Assembly: GCA_963775535.1 (NCBI GenBank)
Contig: CAVZJH010000057.1
Location: 3,818 to 67,817, forward strand
Source: an uncultured bacterium
GTDB lineage: Bacteria; Armatimonadota; UBA5829
DNA length: 64,000 nt
Direction: 5' to 3'
The notes beneath the pieces were generated by a model. It saw only the letters and a list, made by a program, of their open reading frames with translations. It was not told the DNA's origin and did not search any database. The translations under genes were made by a program, and so were the position numbers. Numbering within the stretch: the first letter of the stretch is position 1; every line of letters begins with the position of its first letter. Positions 37,984 to 49,280 of this stretch are shown piece by piece.

Positions 37984-40185
37984 ATGCCGAAAAAAACCTC
38001 GACTAAGCCTGCCGAATCCAAGGCGGAACTACTTGACTACCTGCGACAAATGCACGAAATCCGCGATTTCGAAGACACCCTCTCCCGACTCCTCAAGGAA
38101 GGACAATCAAGGGCGCTTCCCATCTATACGCCGGGCAAGAAGCGGTAGCAGTCGGCTCGGTTGCCTGCCTGGAAAACAGAGACGTTATCGCCAGCACCCA
38201 CAGAGGCCACGGCCACTGCGGCGCCATCGGGAACTTCCACGCCAAGTCGGGCGGAGAGAAGGCAAGGCAGGAGCATTGGAACAAGATGATGGCTGAGCTG
38301 ATGGGCAAGTCCACCGGCTACTGCAAGGGCCGCGGCGGCTCGATGCACATTGCCGATGTCGAGAAAGGCAACCTGGGCTCTACCGGAATCGTTGGCGGAA
38401 ATATTCCGATTGCCACCGGCGCGGCGCTTGCGGAGAAGCTTAAAGGCACGGGAGCCGTTACGCTGTGCTACTTCGGCGACGGCGCAACCAATACCGGCAG
38501 CTTCCACGAGGCCCTCAATATGGGCAGCGCTATGCTGTGCGGGCTTCCTGTTGTATATATATGTGAGAACAACCTCTACGGCATGAGCGTGCCGTTCCAT
38601 CTCAGAACCATCGCGTGCGCGGGCCAGGCATCGAAGATCACGAACGTCGCGGACAGGGCATCGGCCTACGGAATGCCGGGCGTGATCTGCGATGGAATGG
38701 ATGTGCTCGCCGTCAAGGAAGCAGTCGCGGACGCCGTTGACCGGGCGCGCAGAGGCGAGGGCCCGACCCTGGTTGAATGCAAGACCTATAGATGGTATGG
38801 CCATTCTTCCAGCGACCAGAGAGCCTACCGCACCCGTGAGGAAGAGGCCGAGTGGAAAGAGCGCGATCCGATAACGGTCCTTAGCAAGAGACTCCTTGAG
38901 GAGAAGCTGGCGACGCAGGAAGAACTGGACGAGATGGCGGCAAAGGCCGCGAAGACCATCGAAAATGCGACCACGTTCGGGCTCGAGAGCCCGTATCCGG
39001 ACGTAAGCGAGCTCTACAACGACATTTACGTTCCCAAGAACCCGACCGAGCTCGCCGCCGAAGTCACGGCGGAAGCCCGGATGCTGCCTAAGATCAAGGA
39101 GATCGAGGCCGAGATCCGCAGAACCGCGAACGCCACACTGCCCAAGATCAAAAATGCGGACGCCAAGGCGATTGAAGCGAAATATGGCGTCCCGATCAAG
39201 AACTACGGCCAGGCGCTGGTTGATGCGCACCGCGAAGAGATGAAGCGCGATGAGACGGTTATCGTGATGGGAGAAGACGTGGGTCTCTACGGCGGCGCGT
39301 ATGCGGCGACCCGGGGTCTGCTGGATGAGTTCGGCCCCATGCGGGTTATCGACACGGCTATCTCCGAGGCGGCGATTGTCGGTGCGGCCGGCGGCGCGGC
39401 GATGCGCGGCATCAGGCCGATTGCCGAAATCATGTATATCGACTTTCTGACCATCTCGTCGGACCAGTTGATCCACAACCTCGGCTACAATCGTTACATG
39501 TTCGGCGGCAAGACCAAGGTTCCAGCGGTCGTGAGGACGGAGGGCGGCGTCGGACGAAGCATCGCGGCGCACCACTCGGAAAACCTGGAAGCGATGTTCA
39601 TGAACATCCCGGGCATCTATATTGTGATGCCGTCCACACCCTATGACGCGAAGGGACTTTTGAAGGCCGCCATTCGGGACGATAACCCCGTTCTCTACAT
39701 CGAGCACAAGGTTATGTATTCCGGCGTTATGGGACCGGTGCCGGATGAGGACTACATCATTCCGCTGGCAAGTCGCCGACATCAAGCGCGAGGGCGCAGA
39801 TGTGACGATAGTCGCGTACTCCCGAATGCTCCACTTCGCAATGCACGCGGCCGAGAAGTTGACGGAAGAAGGAATAAGCGCCGAGGTCATCGACCCGCGG
39901 ACCCTGAACCCGCTGGATGCCGGGTGCATCGCCAAGTCCGTTCGCAAGACAGGCAAGCTGGTAACGGTTTCCGAAGGCTATCCCAGATGCGGAGTGGCCG
40001 GAGAGATCGTGCGGCAGGTGATGGAGTATCGCTTCGAGGACGGCTTCACCGGTTTCGACTACTTCGACCGCCAGCCGGTTATGCTGAGCGGCAAGGACTG
40101 CCCGATCCCGATGAGCGCTCCGCTGGAGGATGCATGCGTTCCGACAGTCGAGGACATCGTGGAAGCCGTGAAGGCGATAGTCTAA
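37984..40185 (+). CDS. Fused alpha-beta E1 component of a TPP-dependent 2-oxo-acid (pyruvate/acetoin) dehydrogenase, with frameshifts near 38096 and 39760
   Basis: Alpha part: IRDFEDTL..., GSHLY.GQEAVAVG, GYCKGRGGSMHIAD, YFGDGATNTG. Linker. Beta part: ETVIVMGEDVG...MRVIDTAISEAAIVGAAGGAAMRGIRPIAE...VDPRTLNPLD. Three frame segments; the first junction needs one extra A in CAATC. Confidence 0.8.
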
Positions 40186-40211
40186 GCTCGTCGAAGATAA
40201 CGTTATTACGA

Positions 40212-40241
40212 AAGCCCGGGATTTGCTTCCCGGGCTTTTTT
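40212..40241 (+). terminator. Rho-independent terminator (AGCCCGGGATTTGCTTCCCGGGCTTTTTT)
   Basis: 8-bp GC stem plus a T6 tract, 27 nt after the E1 stop. Confidence 0.7.
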
Positions 40242-40526
40242 GGGGCCACACGATTCCGAAAGGATTCGGTATACCCGCAGGGAATACTCAGATGATCGAT
40301 GCAGCAAAGCCAGTTGCTTCGGTGGCATGCCCCCGAAGCCGAGTCCGTAGGACTCGCCTCCTTTCCAAACCCGGATCTTGAATCGCGGATTGCGCGGTGA
40401 AGGGACGGATTGCGCGGAAGGTCCAGCGGTGCGAGGCCTGCGAGCCGTTGGATTGACGGTCAAAGCATTGAACCTTTCCCTCGGCTTCTCCGACTGTATT
40501 GGTGGAGTCGAAAGGAGCAGCAACTA

Positions 40527-41087
40527 TTGAACAGTCAAAAGGACCTTATCCTCTCGGAGCTACTGCTTATCCGCCACCGCCGCGGCGACGCTGCTGCGAT
40601 GGATGAACTGGTCACGCTCTGGGAGGGCAGGCTCTTCTACTACATCATGCGGCTGGTCAGCAACGAAGAGGATGCCTGGGATGCTCTGCAAGACACGTGG
40701 CTTGCATTTGTCAAAGGCGTCGATAAGCTGCGGGACCCGCACGCTCTGGTGTTGTGGTTATACAGGACCGCGAGGCACAAGGCAATGGACAGGCTCAGAA
40801 CGAGGTATGACGACCGAAGTGTGTCGATGGACGGCGAAGAGGTCCCCGAAGTTGACGAAGGCGGCGAGGAGTTTGGCTTCGAGGATGCTGAACTGGTCCA
40901 CTCCAAACTGGCTGAGCTGTCGCTGCCTCACCGGGAAGTATTGACCTTGTTTTTTCTTGAGGACCTCTCCATAGAAGAAATCTCGCAGGTCCTGGAAAGC
41001 GCTCCTGGAACAGTAAAGTCCCGGCTCCATTATGCAAAGAAAGCGCTGCGAACAATCCTGGAAGAGGAGGGTTTTCACAATGCATGA
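40527..41087 (+). CDS. ECF-type RNA polymerase sigma-70 factor
   Basis: Sigma-70 region 2 (LLIRHRRGD...FYYIMRLV...EDAWDALQDTWLAF) and region 4 (LSLPHREVLTLFFLEDLSIEEISQVLESAPGTVKSRLHYAKKAL). Probable TTG start at ~40527 with AAAGGAG RBS. The annotated ORF starts further upstream. Confidence 0.85.
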   Translation: MNSQKDLILSELLLIRHRRGDAAAMDELVTLWEGRLFYYIMRLVSNEEDAWDALQDTWLAFVKGVDKLRDPHALVLWLYRTARHKAMDRLRTRYDDRSVSMDGEEVPEVDEGGEEFGFEDAELVHSKLAELSLPHREVLTLFFLEDLSIEEISQVLESAPGTVKSRLHYAKKALRTILEEEGFHNA

Positions 41088-41652
41088 ACACAACGACTTC
41101 CGGGACCGGTTAATATCCGCGCAGCAATCCACTCCCGAGTATCGGGAAAAGTACGAGAGGAGCTCGAGATCGATGCTTACCAGACAACTTACGCCTTTCG
41201 AGAGAGGCCGGTACGTGTTTGCCGCTGTTTGGAGTTTAGCGGGAAGCGCGGTCGTAGCCTGGTTTCTTGCGGTGGACAAGCAAACCAGCATCCCGTTCCA
41301 TTGGGGAATCGGTTTTATGGGTTTGGTGGCCCTTGCGGTGGCTATCACGTGTGGCATAATTGCGGCGACTGGGTCGATCAATCTAAGGCGACAGCCTAAG
41401 ACGCTCGCGCAGATAGCATTCGTCGGGGTAGCAGTTTTTGCACTCTCACTGTCCTTTATTGTTCCACCAATGGCCGGACCCCTCGCTGCTATCCATGCCA
41501 TAGCCGTCTGTCTCATTGCATTGATCGTGATCACGGCCGAGGTCGTGCAGGCGCACGTAGATCAGTCCGAGCTTAATGTCCGCGAGAAACTGCTGGAGAT
41601 CGAGCTCAAGCTGGCGGAGATCAGTGAGACGCTGGCGAAGGACCGAAGTTAG
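41080..41652 (+). CDS. Membrane protein (4 TM plus C-terminal coiled-coil) translationally coupled to the ECF sigma gene; putative anti-sigma factor
   Basis: ATG overlaps the sigma stop (ATGCATGA). Cytoplasmic N-terminal ~50 aa without a ZAS motif, then four TM helices and a coiled-coil tail. The anti-sigma role is inferred from position only. Confidence 0.35.
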   Translation: MHEHNDFRDRLISAQQSTPEYREKYERSSRSMLTRQLTPFERGRYVFAAVWSLAGSAVVAWFLAVDKQTSIPFHWGIGFMGLVALAVAITCGIIAATGSINLRRQPKTLAQIAFVGVAVFALSLSFIVPPMAGPLAAIHAIAVCLIALIVITAEVVQAHVDQSELNVREKLLEIELKLAEISETLAKDRS

Positions 41653-41658
41653 AAACTG

Positions 41659-41793
41659 ATGTCGAGAGGGACTGATTCTCTCTTCGCGATGATGAAGATG
41701 CAGATGGGCAACACGATGACACCGGAGCAGCAGATACTTCAGCAGGACGCGCAAGCGGTAATGGAAAAGATGAAGGCCGAACAGGGCCAGTAG
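41659..41793 (+). CDS. Small ORF (44 aa, Met/Gln-rich: MSRGTDSLFAMMKMQMGNTMTPEQQILQQDAQAVMEKMKAEQGQ)
   Basis: Not in the ORF track (under 60 aa). Starts 7 nt after the preceding stop, in the same operon. Confidence 0.2.
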   Translation: MSRGTDSLFAMMKMQMGNTMTPEQQILQQDAQAVMEKMKAEQGQ

Positions 41794-41874
41794 TGGGATG
41801 TTACTATGCTGCGGCCGCGAACAATCCACTAAAATGACGCAGGCCCCTCGGCCTTTGCGGCGAATACTATAACT

Positions 41875-42855
41875 GTGCAGCGGCGCGCCCGGCTCCCTGC
41901 AATAGATCTCACCCGGAGGCACTACTTGGAGGATATCGCCATTCGCCTGGAGGGCTTGACGCGCGACTTCGGCGCGGTCCGAGCCGTCGACGGCCTGACT
42001 TTGGACGTCCCCGCGGGCGTTGTCTTTGGTTTTCTCGGCCCGAACGGGTCAGGAAAGACTACCACAATCCGGCTCCTGCTCGGCTTACTGGAGCCCACTT
42101 CCGGGTCGGCGAAGGTGCTGGGGCTGGATTCAATAAGAGACGCCGGTGAGATCCGCTCGCGCTCCGGAGCTCTGCTGGAACACACCGGGCTCTACGAGCG
42201 GATGAGCGCCCAGGACAATCTTGAGGACGACGCGCGCATCTGGCAAATGACTGAACCCGATCGCAGCGCGCGGGTCAGGGAACTCTTGGACCAGGCCGGG
42301 CTGTGGGAGCGGCGAAAGGAAATAGTCCAGGGGTGGAGCAAGGGAATGAAGCAGAAACTGGCCATTGCCCGCGTCCTGATACACCGGCCATCCCTGATAT
42401 TTCTGGACGAGCCTACTTCCGGGCTCGACCCGGTGGCTGCGGCGGCGCTGCGCGACGATCTGGCCGAGCTCGCCGCGCGTGAGGGCGCGACAGTCTTCCT
42501 GACGACCCACAACCTTTCAGAAGCCGAGAGACTGTGCCCCCAGGTCGCTGTGATCCGCAGCGGCAAACTGCTGGCGGCGGGCAGGCCCGAGGATATTCGC
42601 GCTGGGGATGGGGGCGCCAAGGCCGAGGTGATTGGTGAAGGCTTCACGGACGATCTGCTTGCGCGGTTACGCGAGCTGCCCGATGTGTTATCCGTCCAGG
42701 CGAACGACGGCCATCTGATGATCTCTCTCAAGGGCGATGTCAGCCTGGCGCCTTTGGTCAGCCTGATCGTTGGCTCGGGGGTCAGGTCGAAGAGGTGCGC
42801 AAGGTTCGCGCCAGTCTCGAAGAGACATTCCTTACATTAATGGAGGAATCGCGCT
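41875..42855 (+). CDS. ABC transporter ATP-binding protein; frameshift in a G-run near 42780
   Basis: Walker A (GPNGSGKTT), ABC signature (LSGGMKQ-type: WSKGMKQKLAIARVL), Walker B (IFLDEPTSGLD). The true C-terminus (GQVEEVRKVRASLEETFLTLMEESR) is in another frame and ends at ~42855. Confidence 0.85.
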
Positions 42856-42937
42856 GAACACTTTCGTGACTGCTGCGCAGCGTGCCGGCGTGAATGGAAC
42901 GAAAACAGCAACCGCGCTGTTTTTGAGGGAGGACTAA

Positions 42938-43672
42938 GTGATACGCGACATATTGACCGTAATGTGGAGGGAGTGGCGCGATATGCCGTTCCTGCGGGGC
43001 GGAATCAAAGGCGGCATTCTGAGCCAATTGATCTTCATCGGAGTTCTCGGAGTTATGCTTCCCTCCCAGTCAGGCCCTGGCTTCGTGAACTCTCCCCTTG
43101 CCATGTTTGCCTCTTTGTGGGGGCCGTTCCTGCTGACTTCCAGCCTCGTGGCGGATACATTTGCCGGTGAGCGTGAGCGGCATACCCTGGAAACACATCT
43201 CGCCAGCCGGCTGCCGGATCGAGCTATTCTATTCGGCAAAGTCGCTACGGTGGTCTGTTACGCATGGGGCGTTACGATCTTGATCCTGCTGTTGGGCCTG
43301 ATAACGACAAACATCGCCTACGGGCACGGAAAACTGTTGATCTACCCGGCGCCGATAGGATTAGGAGCCCTGGTGCTTGGTCTGCTGACCGCTCTTCTGA
43401 TATCATGCATCGGCGTTATCGTGTCGCTCAAAGCAGCCACGGTTCGACAGGCCGCTCAGACGCTGAGCATGGGCTTCCTTGCGATGATCCTGATTCCGGT
43501 CGTTGGCCCGATGCTTCCGAAACAGTGGATAGTGCGGTTGGCGCAGTTGTTTTTCGCAGTCGGCACGACCGGCATCATTGCCGCAGTTGCCGCCGTTTTG
43601 TGTGTTGCGGATGCAGCCCTGCTAAACGTTGCCATGTCCCGATTCAGGCGATCGAAGTTGATTCTGGAGTAA
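42938..43672 (+). CDS. ABC-2-type transporter permease (6 TM)
   Basis: Six hydrophobic segments. Immediately downstream of the ABC ATPase; GTG start likely. Confidence 0.6.
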   Translation: MIRDILTVMWREWRDMPFLRGGIKGGILSQLIFIGVLGVMLPSQSGPGFVNSPLAMFASLWGPFLLTSSLVADTFAGERERHTLETHLASRLPDRAILFGKVATVVCYAWGVTILILLLGLITTNIAYGHGKLLIYPAPIGLGALVLGLLTALLISCIGVIVSLKAATVRQAAQTLSMGFLAMILIPVVGPMLPKQWIVRLAQLFFAVGTTGIIAAVAAVLCVADAALLNVAMSRFRRSKLILE

Positions 43673-43702
43673 TATGAAGCCCGGCATCGAGTTATGCATC
43701 GA

Positions 43703-44143
43703 CTAACGCGAGGTTGCGGTTGTCCCCACCGGTGGAACATTGACCTGAACGGGAGTAGATGAAGCAGTATTGCCGGATGAATCAGTAGCGGTGACAGTGA
43801 CCGAGTATGTCACGGACCCCGCGGCACTTGTGTTCGCACCCGCCTGGAACGTGCCCTGGTATTGACCGTTGGCGTTGGGGGTCAGGGTGACTGGTGTGGA
43901 ATTGGAGCCGTCGAGACGCTTCACAAGCGCCACCACCTTCTCCACGCCGCCTACCACGTCCGCAACAACGGTCACAAGGCCCCCGGCCGAGGTCCACTTA
44001 TCAGGCAGAAGCGCGGAAACGTCGGCGATCTGCAAAAGACCGTCGATCACCCCGCCCCCGCAGCCCGATATCACGACAGCCGCGACAAGCAGAGCCAGTA
44101 TTCCTACGTAAATCCGATTCCGAGCATTATGCATGGCTGGCAC
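43703..44143 (-). CDS. Small lipoprotein with an Ig-like beta-sandwich region
   Basis: Lipobox (LLVAAVVISGCGG) and Thr/Ser-rich Ig-like repeats. Confidence 0.45.
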   Translation of the reverse strand: MPAMHNARNRIYVGILALLVAAVVISGCGGGVIDGLLQIADVSALLPDKWTSAGGLVTVVADVVGGVEKVVALVKRLDGSNSTPVTLTPNANGQYQGTFQAGANTSAAGSVTYSVTVTATDSSGNTASSTPVQVNVPPVGTTATSR

Positions 44144-44276
44144 TTTCCCCCTGGTTCATACCCACATTGCAGGCAAACGATATCCCGTGCGCCGGCTGAT
44201 TAGCACTGGCATACCGTGTCCGATGCGCGATCCCCTGTTTTCAGAACCGCCGGGAAGTGCTAAACTAGGTTAGACA

Positions 44277-44945
44277 TGAAATACAAAGCAGGTACTCTTC
44301 GATCTCGACGGCACTCTCCTGGACAGCGTTCCCACCATTCTGAAAGCCGCCAGAGACACATTCCAACTGATGAACATTCCTTTCAGTGAATCCGACGTAA
44401 GGAAGAGCATCGGCATACCTCTGGAGGTTCAGGCGAAGTTGTTCGCCGGTAAGAGAGCGCAGGAGTTCGAAGATGTCTACAGGAACTCGTATCGCAGTTA
44501 CCTCTACGAGGACAACCACCTCTTTCCCCATACCGCCGATATGCTCGGGGCGCTGGCGGATCGAGGCTATCTGCTCGCCCTGGTAACATCCAAATCCAGC
44601 CGCTCCGCCAGCAGAGCGCTGGAACACACCCAAATAGCCGGCCGGTTCAATTCCATAGTCACGGCGGACGACGTCGTGCGCTTCAAGCCGCATCCGGAGC
44701 CGATCCTGAAGGCCCTGTCGGAATTGAAAGTGCCCCGCGACCAGGCTGTTTACGTCGGCGACAGCATCTTCGATGTGGACGCAGCTCAAAAAGCCAAGGT
44801 TGCAATGGCTGCGGTCAGTTGGGGCGCACGCAGCAGGGACGATTTACTGATCGAGTGCCCGGAGCGCGTCTTTGATACGTGGCGGGAGTTCCTGGTCTGG
44901 CTGGGGATCACCGCTGCGGGTCCACCAGCTTTTTTCAGGGCGTGA
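44277..44945 (+). CDS. HAD-superfamily hydrolase (subfamily IA, phosphoglycolate-phosphatase-like); frameshift near 44293
   Basis: Motif I (VLFDLDGTLLDS) is one frame off from the ATG at ~44277 (MKYKAG). Motif II (LALVTSKS) and motif III (YVGDSIFDVDAA) are in the main 44370-44945 ORF. One extra G in GCAGGTACTC. Confidence 0.7.
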
Positions 44946-45042
44946 ACTCATCCCAAAACCCTCTTCTCGCCTCGCCTTTTCCGTGTTACAATGATTGCAC
45001 ATGAGCTGGTTTGCTCTGGGAGAAACAAAACGGAGGGTCGCG

Positions 45043-46415
45043 AGTTGAGAAAGATTGGTATTCTGGCAGCTCTTCTGGCTGCTGCGCTTGTCATTTCCGT
45101 GTCGGCTCAGGCGAATGAGCCCAGCCAGGCTAAAGCATCAGGTTCCCCTGCCGCCCGAGGGTGCAGCATTGATCTGGCCATTACCTCTGATGGACCCATC
45201 TTTAACTACATACCCGGAAAGACCTACACGCTTGCGGTGAACATAACCAATACCGGCAAGACCGAGATTGCCCTCGGCAAGGTAGACCTTGCGTGGAAGT
45301 CGAACAAAGACTTCCCTCTGGCGATGGTAACCGATTCCAAGCTCCCGGCCTCAATCGCGCCGGGCGCAGTGGTGACCGATTCGTGGGCGATTACGTTCCC
45401 CGAGGCCGCCGCAGGCCAGTTGGTCACGCTCACAGCCAAAGCGCAGCTTGGAGACAAGGTCGAAAGCGGCGAGACCAGCCTCATCGTGTCTCCTCAGTTC
45501 GAGATCACCCTGCTTCCCGCGCGCGTGATCTTTGATGCGAGCGGCGCGGCGAAGCGCGTCGGAATGAGCGTCATCAACCACACGGATACACCGTTCAAAG
45601 GCAAAATCACTCTGAAAACTTATCCCGGCGTTACGGTGAAGCCCTCGAGCTTCGACGCGAGTATCGACGCGCAGGGACTCGAGGCCTACGTATTCGATGT
45701 CGCGCCCGACAAGAACGCTGCCCCCGGACACTACGCTGTGTTCATTGATGCCGGCGGCAAGGGCACAGAATGGGTGGCAGCCGACAATTCCGTTGTCGTG
45801 AAGAAGGCGCAGGGGAAGATTAATATCGACGGCAAGCTCGATGACTGGAATGACGCGGCGTCCATCAAGCTCCAGAGGCCGGTTTCCCAGCCGGACGGCA
45901 GCACCAAATACGAGTCTATCGGCAAGGCCATGTTCACCTACGATGACACCTATTTCTATACAGCCTTCGAGATAGATGAAGCCAACCATTTCCTCAGCCC
46001 GGACTCCCGAAACCTTGCTAAGTCGAACCCTCCGAGCGACAACATCGTGGTCGCATTCGACCCGCTGATAAACGGCGTGAAGACCGCGAACGGCGGATAC
46101 AAAGAAGACGATGCCGAATACACCGTGATCGGCGCGGAAGGCGGATCGGTTGTGTTGGAGACTACCAAGGGCGAAGGAGAAGACGCCAAGATGCCGGTCG
46201 CATTCACGCGAGAGGGCACCAAGAGCCGCTACGAGATCGCATTTCGGTGGAACGCCTTCGGCGGTTTGATGAAGCCCCTGGTGAATCAACAGTTTGCAAT
46301 GTCCATCCTCGTTAACGAGAGCGACGGTTCCAAAGTCACGCAAACCGAATGGGGCGGCGGCATAGCCGGCATCAAAGACCCGAGGAAGTTTATCCCGGTG
46401 GTGCTGGCGCAATAA
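45043..46415 (+). CDS. Secreted protein with Ig/CARDB-like domains and a C-terminal CBM9/DOMON-like domain
   Basis: Signal peptide (LRKIGILAALLAAALVISVSAQA). C-terminal INIDGKLDDWNDAASIKL...DDTYFYTAFEIDE matches the CBM9-like fold motifs. Start assigned to a TTG near 45043. Confidence 0.55.
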
Positions 46416-46442
46416 GTCGAAGGCCTCGCTAAAGCAGTGTTT

Positions 46443-46530
46443 GATGTTTCGGGATTTCCACAGCGGGCTATCACGGCCTGTTTCTATTCATGCGATGGTC
46501 TGCGCTGCTCAAATCCCGAAACATCGGCGA
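46443..46530. repeat. 15-bp perfect inverted repeat GATGTTTCGGGATTT...AAATCCCGAAACATC with ~50-nt loop, between convergent genes
   Basis: Seen directly. Shares the GGGATTTCC core with the 175-300 repeat family. Confidence 0.45.
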
Positions 46531-46538
46531 CCGTTGGC

Positions 46539-48981
46539 CTACGTTCCACTCATCTCGATCAGCCTGAACCCGCCGTCCTCTATGCTGACGGCCAGTTCGT
46601 TGAGCTCATCGCCCCGGCGAGAACCCGTATTCACCCAGCCGGTGGCACGGTTGTAAACCCGGACATTATATGTGCGTGCGGGTTCGAGCAGGTCCAGAAT
46701 GGTGATTGGAACAGTCGTATAAACGTTCGCTTCGCTGCCGAGGCAAATGGTGAGAGAATCGTCTTTCGCGAACGCAGCCCGGTGCACGCGGTAGTCGCGA
46801 ACCCTCACTTTGTGGGTTACGTCTTTGCCCGCGACGTGAAGTTGATGTTGGGTCTTTATCTCGCGGTTTGCATACACGTGCGCTTCACCATCCTCAACCG
46901 CCAGGAAGAATGTGAGATGGACGCCCTGATACGGCATGCGCCTCAATGCCAGCCATCGCCAATCCGGTGGACGCGCGGGCGCAACCGTGCAATCCGGCCC
47001 ATCCATCGTCACCCCGCACAGCCCCTTCGACCGCCGCCCAAAGCAGCCGCGGCGGCTCCCACGGCGAAAGCCTCATCCCCCGGTTCACCATAGACTCACC
47101 GTCGAACCATTCCGAAAACTGTCCGGGCACCGTGTTGTTCTTGAGCGGGCTTATAAGATATTGGAGGTAACCGGCATGCAGCGCATCTACCATAAAATCG
47201 GGATTCACGCCGGACGCCGCAAACGCATACCAGAACGCAACCCCCGGCCACACTCCGCCTAACAAGCCGATCCGCCCGGTCGGTTCGTAATCCGGGCTGT
47301 TACGGGAAACGGTCCGCAATCCCGCGACCGTGAGAAAATCATCAGCCCGCAAACGCCCAATGATCCTGTGCGCCACATCATCCGGCGCCACATCGAAGAG
47401 GACCGGAAAAACCTCGTCAGCGGTGACATCCGTATGCGCGACGCCCGAGGAGTCGATGTTCAGGTAATACAGGCCATTGTCCTGATTGAGCAGGCGGTAA
47501 TTGATGGCGATCTTGAGGTCTTCCGCGGCCCGGTGGTACTTGTCCGCATCCTCGTCCTTTCCTATCATCCGGGCCAGTTCCGCGAGCTTCGCCAAGGCTC
47601 CGCAGCATTCCGAGTTAATCTCAGTTACCGCGCCGTTCATCTGGTAGCCGGGAATCACATTGCGCCACGAAGCGATGCCGTATACATCGTATCCATCCGC
47701 TGTGCTGATTACGACCCCGGTGTCATCGCGCTGGCTGAGAATATAATCCGCCGCCCTGGTAATGTGGTCGTACATCGCCCGGATAAAGCGTTCGCTGTGG
47801 GTTGTGGTGTAGTGGTGACAGCACGCCAGCACAAAGAGCGGAGTGTCGTCGTTCAGGCTGATCCCGTAGTCTTCCACGTGACCATCGAGCGCGTTGTAGT
47901 ACTCCGGAATCTTGCCGTTGGGGTACCTGCTTGCGCGCAAAATGTCGAAGCAGTTCCCGGGAGAACCTGGGATCGAGAAAGTCGCCGCCGTAGACAAACC
48001 ACGCGGCGTCCCGTGCTACCACGTTCGATGAAACTGCCGGCTCGTTGGTGAACGCCGTTCCCTCGGGATAATCGGCAGTTACTTTAAGCATGTTCACCTT
48101 GGCCCAGAACACACCCTGGTTGATTATCGGGTCCGGTGTCTCGACCATTGAAAACGAGGATGCTCGGGTAAGGAAGTCAACAGTGGAATCGAGCAGGCCC
48201 TGGTAGCTGATGCTGAGGCCGAACCACTTCTTAGCGTCTTTCAACCCCCAGATGAGAGACCACCGCGACAATGGTGGCCTCGGCCGTTCTTCCCGCTTTT
48301 ATTTCCAGGTCGAGCTGCAGTTCGCCGATCGGGGCAGCGGTGAGCTGCGATGAAGTGTCCAGCCTGCGCGCGTGGGTTCCCGCGTAGCCCTCGGAGACAT
48401 CGTGTGTGGTGCGATACCCGACCTCGCAGCCTTCGGCCCCGATAATCCTTGCCGCGTTGGGTTCGCTGTGGTTGCGCACAATCAGCGCCCCAAGTTCGTC
48501 GTCGAACTCGACCAGCAGATCCGGCCCCACATCGCCCTGCATGTCTGCATAAACAGTGGCGAGGATAGAGGCATCGGTATCTGAGAGATTCGTCACTTCA
48601 ATGTGATGCAGAACCGCCGGCGGATCATCCGCCGCTAGTTTTGGAACCAGTATGGTCTCTTTCAACCTGCAGTTCCCCTGTCAGCTCAAATATATGCGCC
48701 TGTCCGAACGGGTAGACTCGCATCGTTCCCACGCCGTTCTGCGCCGCCAGCACGTATGTCGCTCCGCCCTCTTCCAGGCAATCCTGCTCGGGAACCGATG
48801 TTATGAGTACGTTTGTAGGCAGAGCGTAAGTAATGACTATCGAACCAAGGACGCTTTTGCCCAGTTGGCAACAAAATACCTCTTGCACGCAGCCCGTGGC
48901 TTTTGTATTGACCCAGATCTTTCTGTTTGCGAGACTGGCGCCGTGGGCGAGCTGGTTGTCCAGGACCTCGTAGTACGGCAT
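46539..48981 (-). pseudogene. Glycogen-debranching-enzyme-like (amylo-alpha-1,6-glucosidase, GDE_N + (alpha/alpha)6-barrel GDE_C) gene split into five frame segments
   Basis: Segments 48981-48625, 48665-48231, 48271-47723, 47997-46894 and 47012-46539 all read on the minus strand and are colinear with GDE-type enzymes (GQFSEWFDGES, LNIDSSGVAHTDVTADEVFPVLFDV). Start has a GGGAGAG RBS. Four or more frameshifts. Confidence 0.6.
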
Positions 48982-49280
48982 CTCTCCCGGACGCGGCTTT
49001 TGAATGTAGCTCTGCCGGGCAAGAATTCATCCGGCGCACTTCGGCGGGTCAACATTGGTTCTCCTCCGGAGGGTGAGTTAGTCTGAATTACCCACAACCG
49101 AGTCGGAGTTATCCCAGGGTGAAACCTTGACCCGGGAAAGAAGGGCCCAAGCTCAGGTTGACACCAGGCGCAGTGGACCTAACCATGAAGTAGACAAAAC
49201 TATATAAGAAACTGCCAGGGTTTTGGTGACACCCCGTGTGTTGACCCAAAGCCCCTTTGGGCTATGTACAGGCTGTATTC

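Noticed and set aside
37961-38296. 111-aa ORF at the 5' end of the E1 gene
   Set aside because: Out-of-frame reading (Arg/Pro-rich). The correct E1 alpha N-terminus starts at ATG ~37984 in another frame.
46437-47093. 218-aa plus-strand ORF
   Set aside because: Antisense to the C-terminal segments of the GDE-like gene, which has clear homology on the minus strand.
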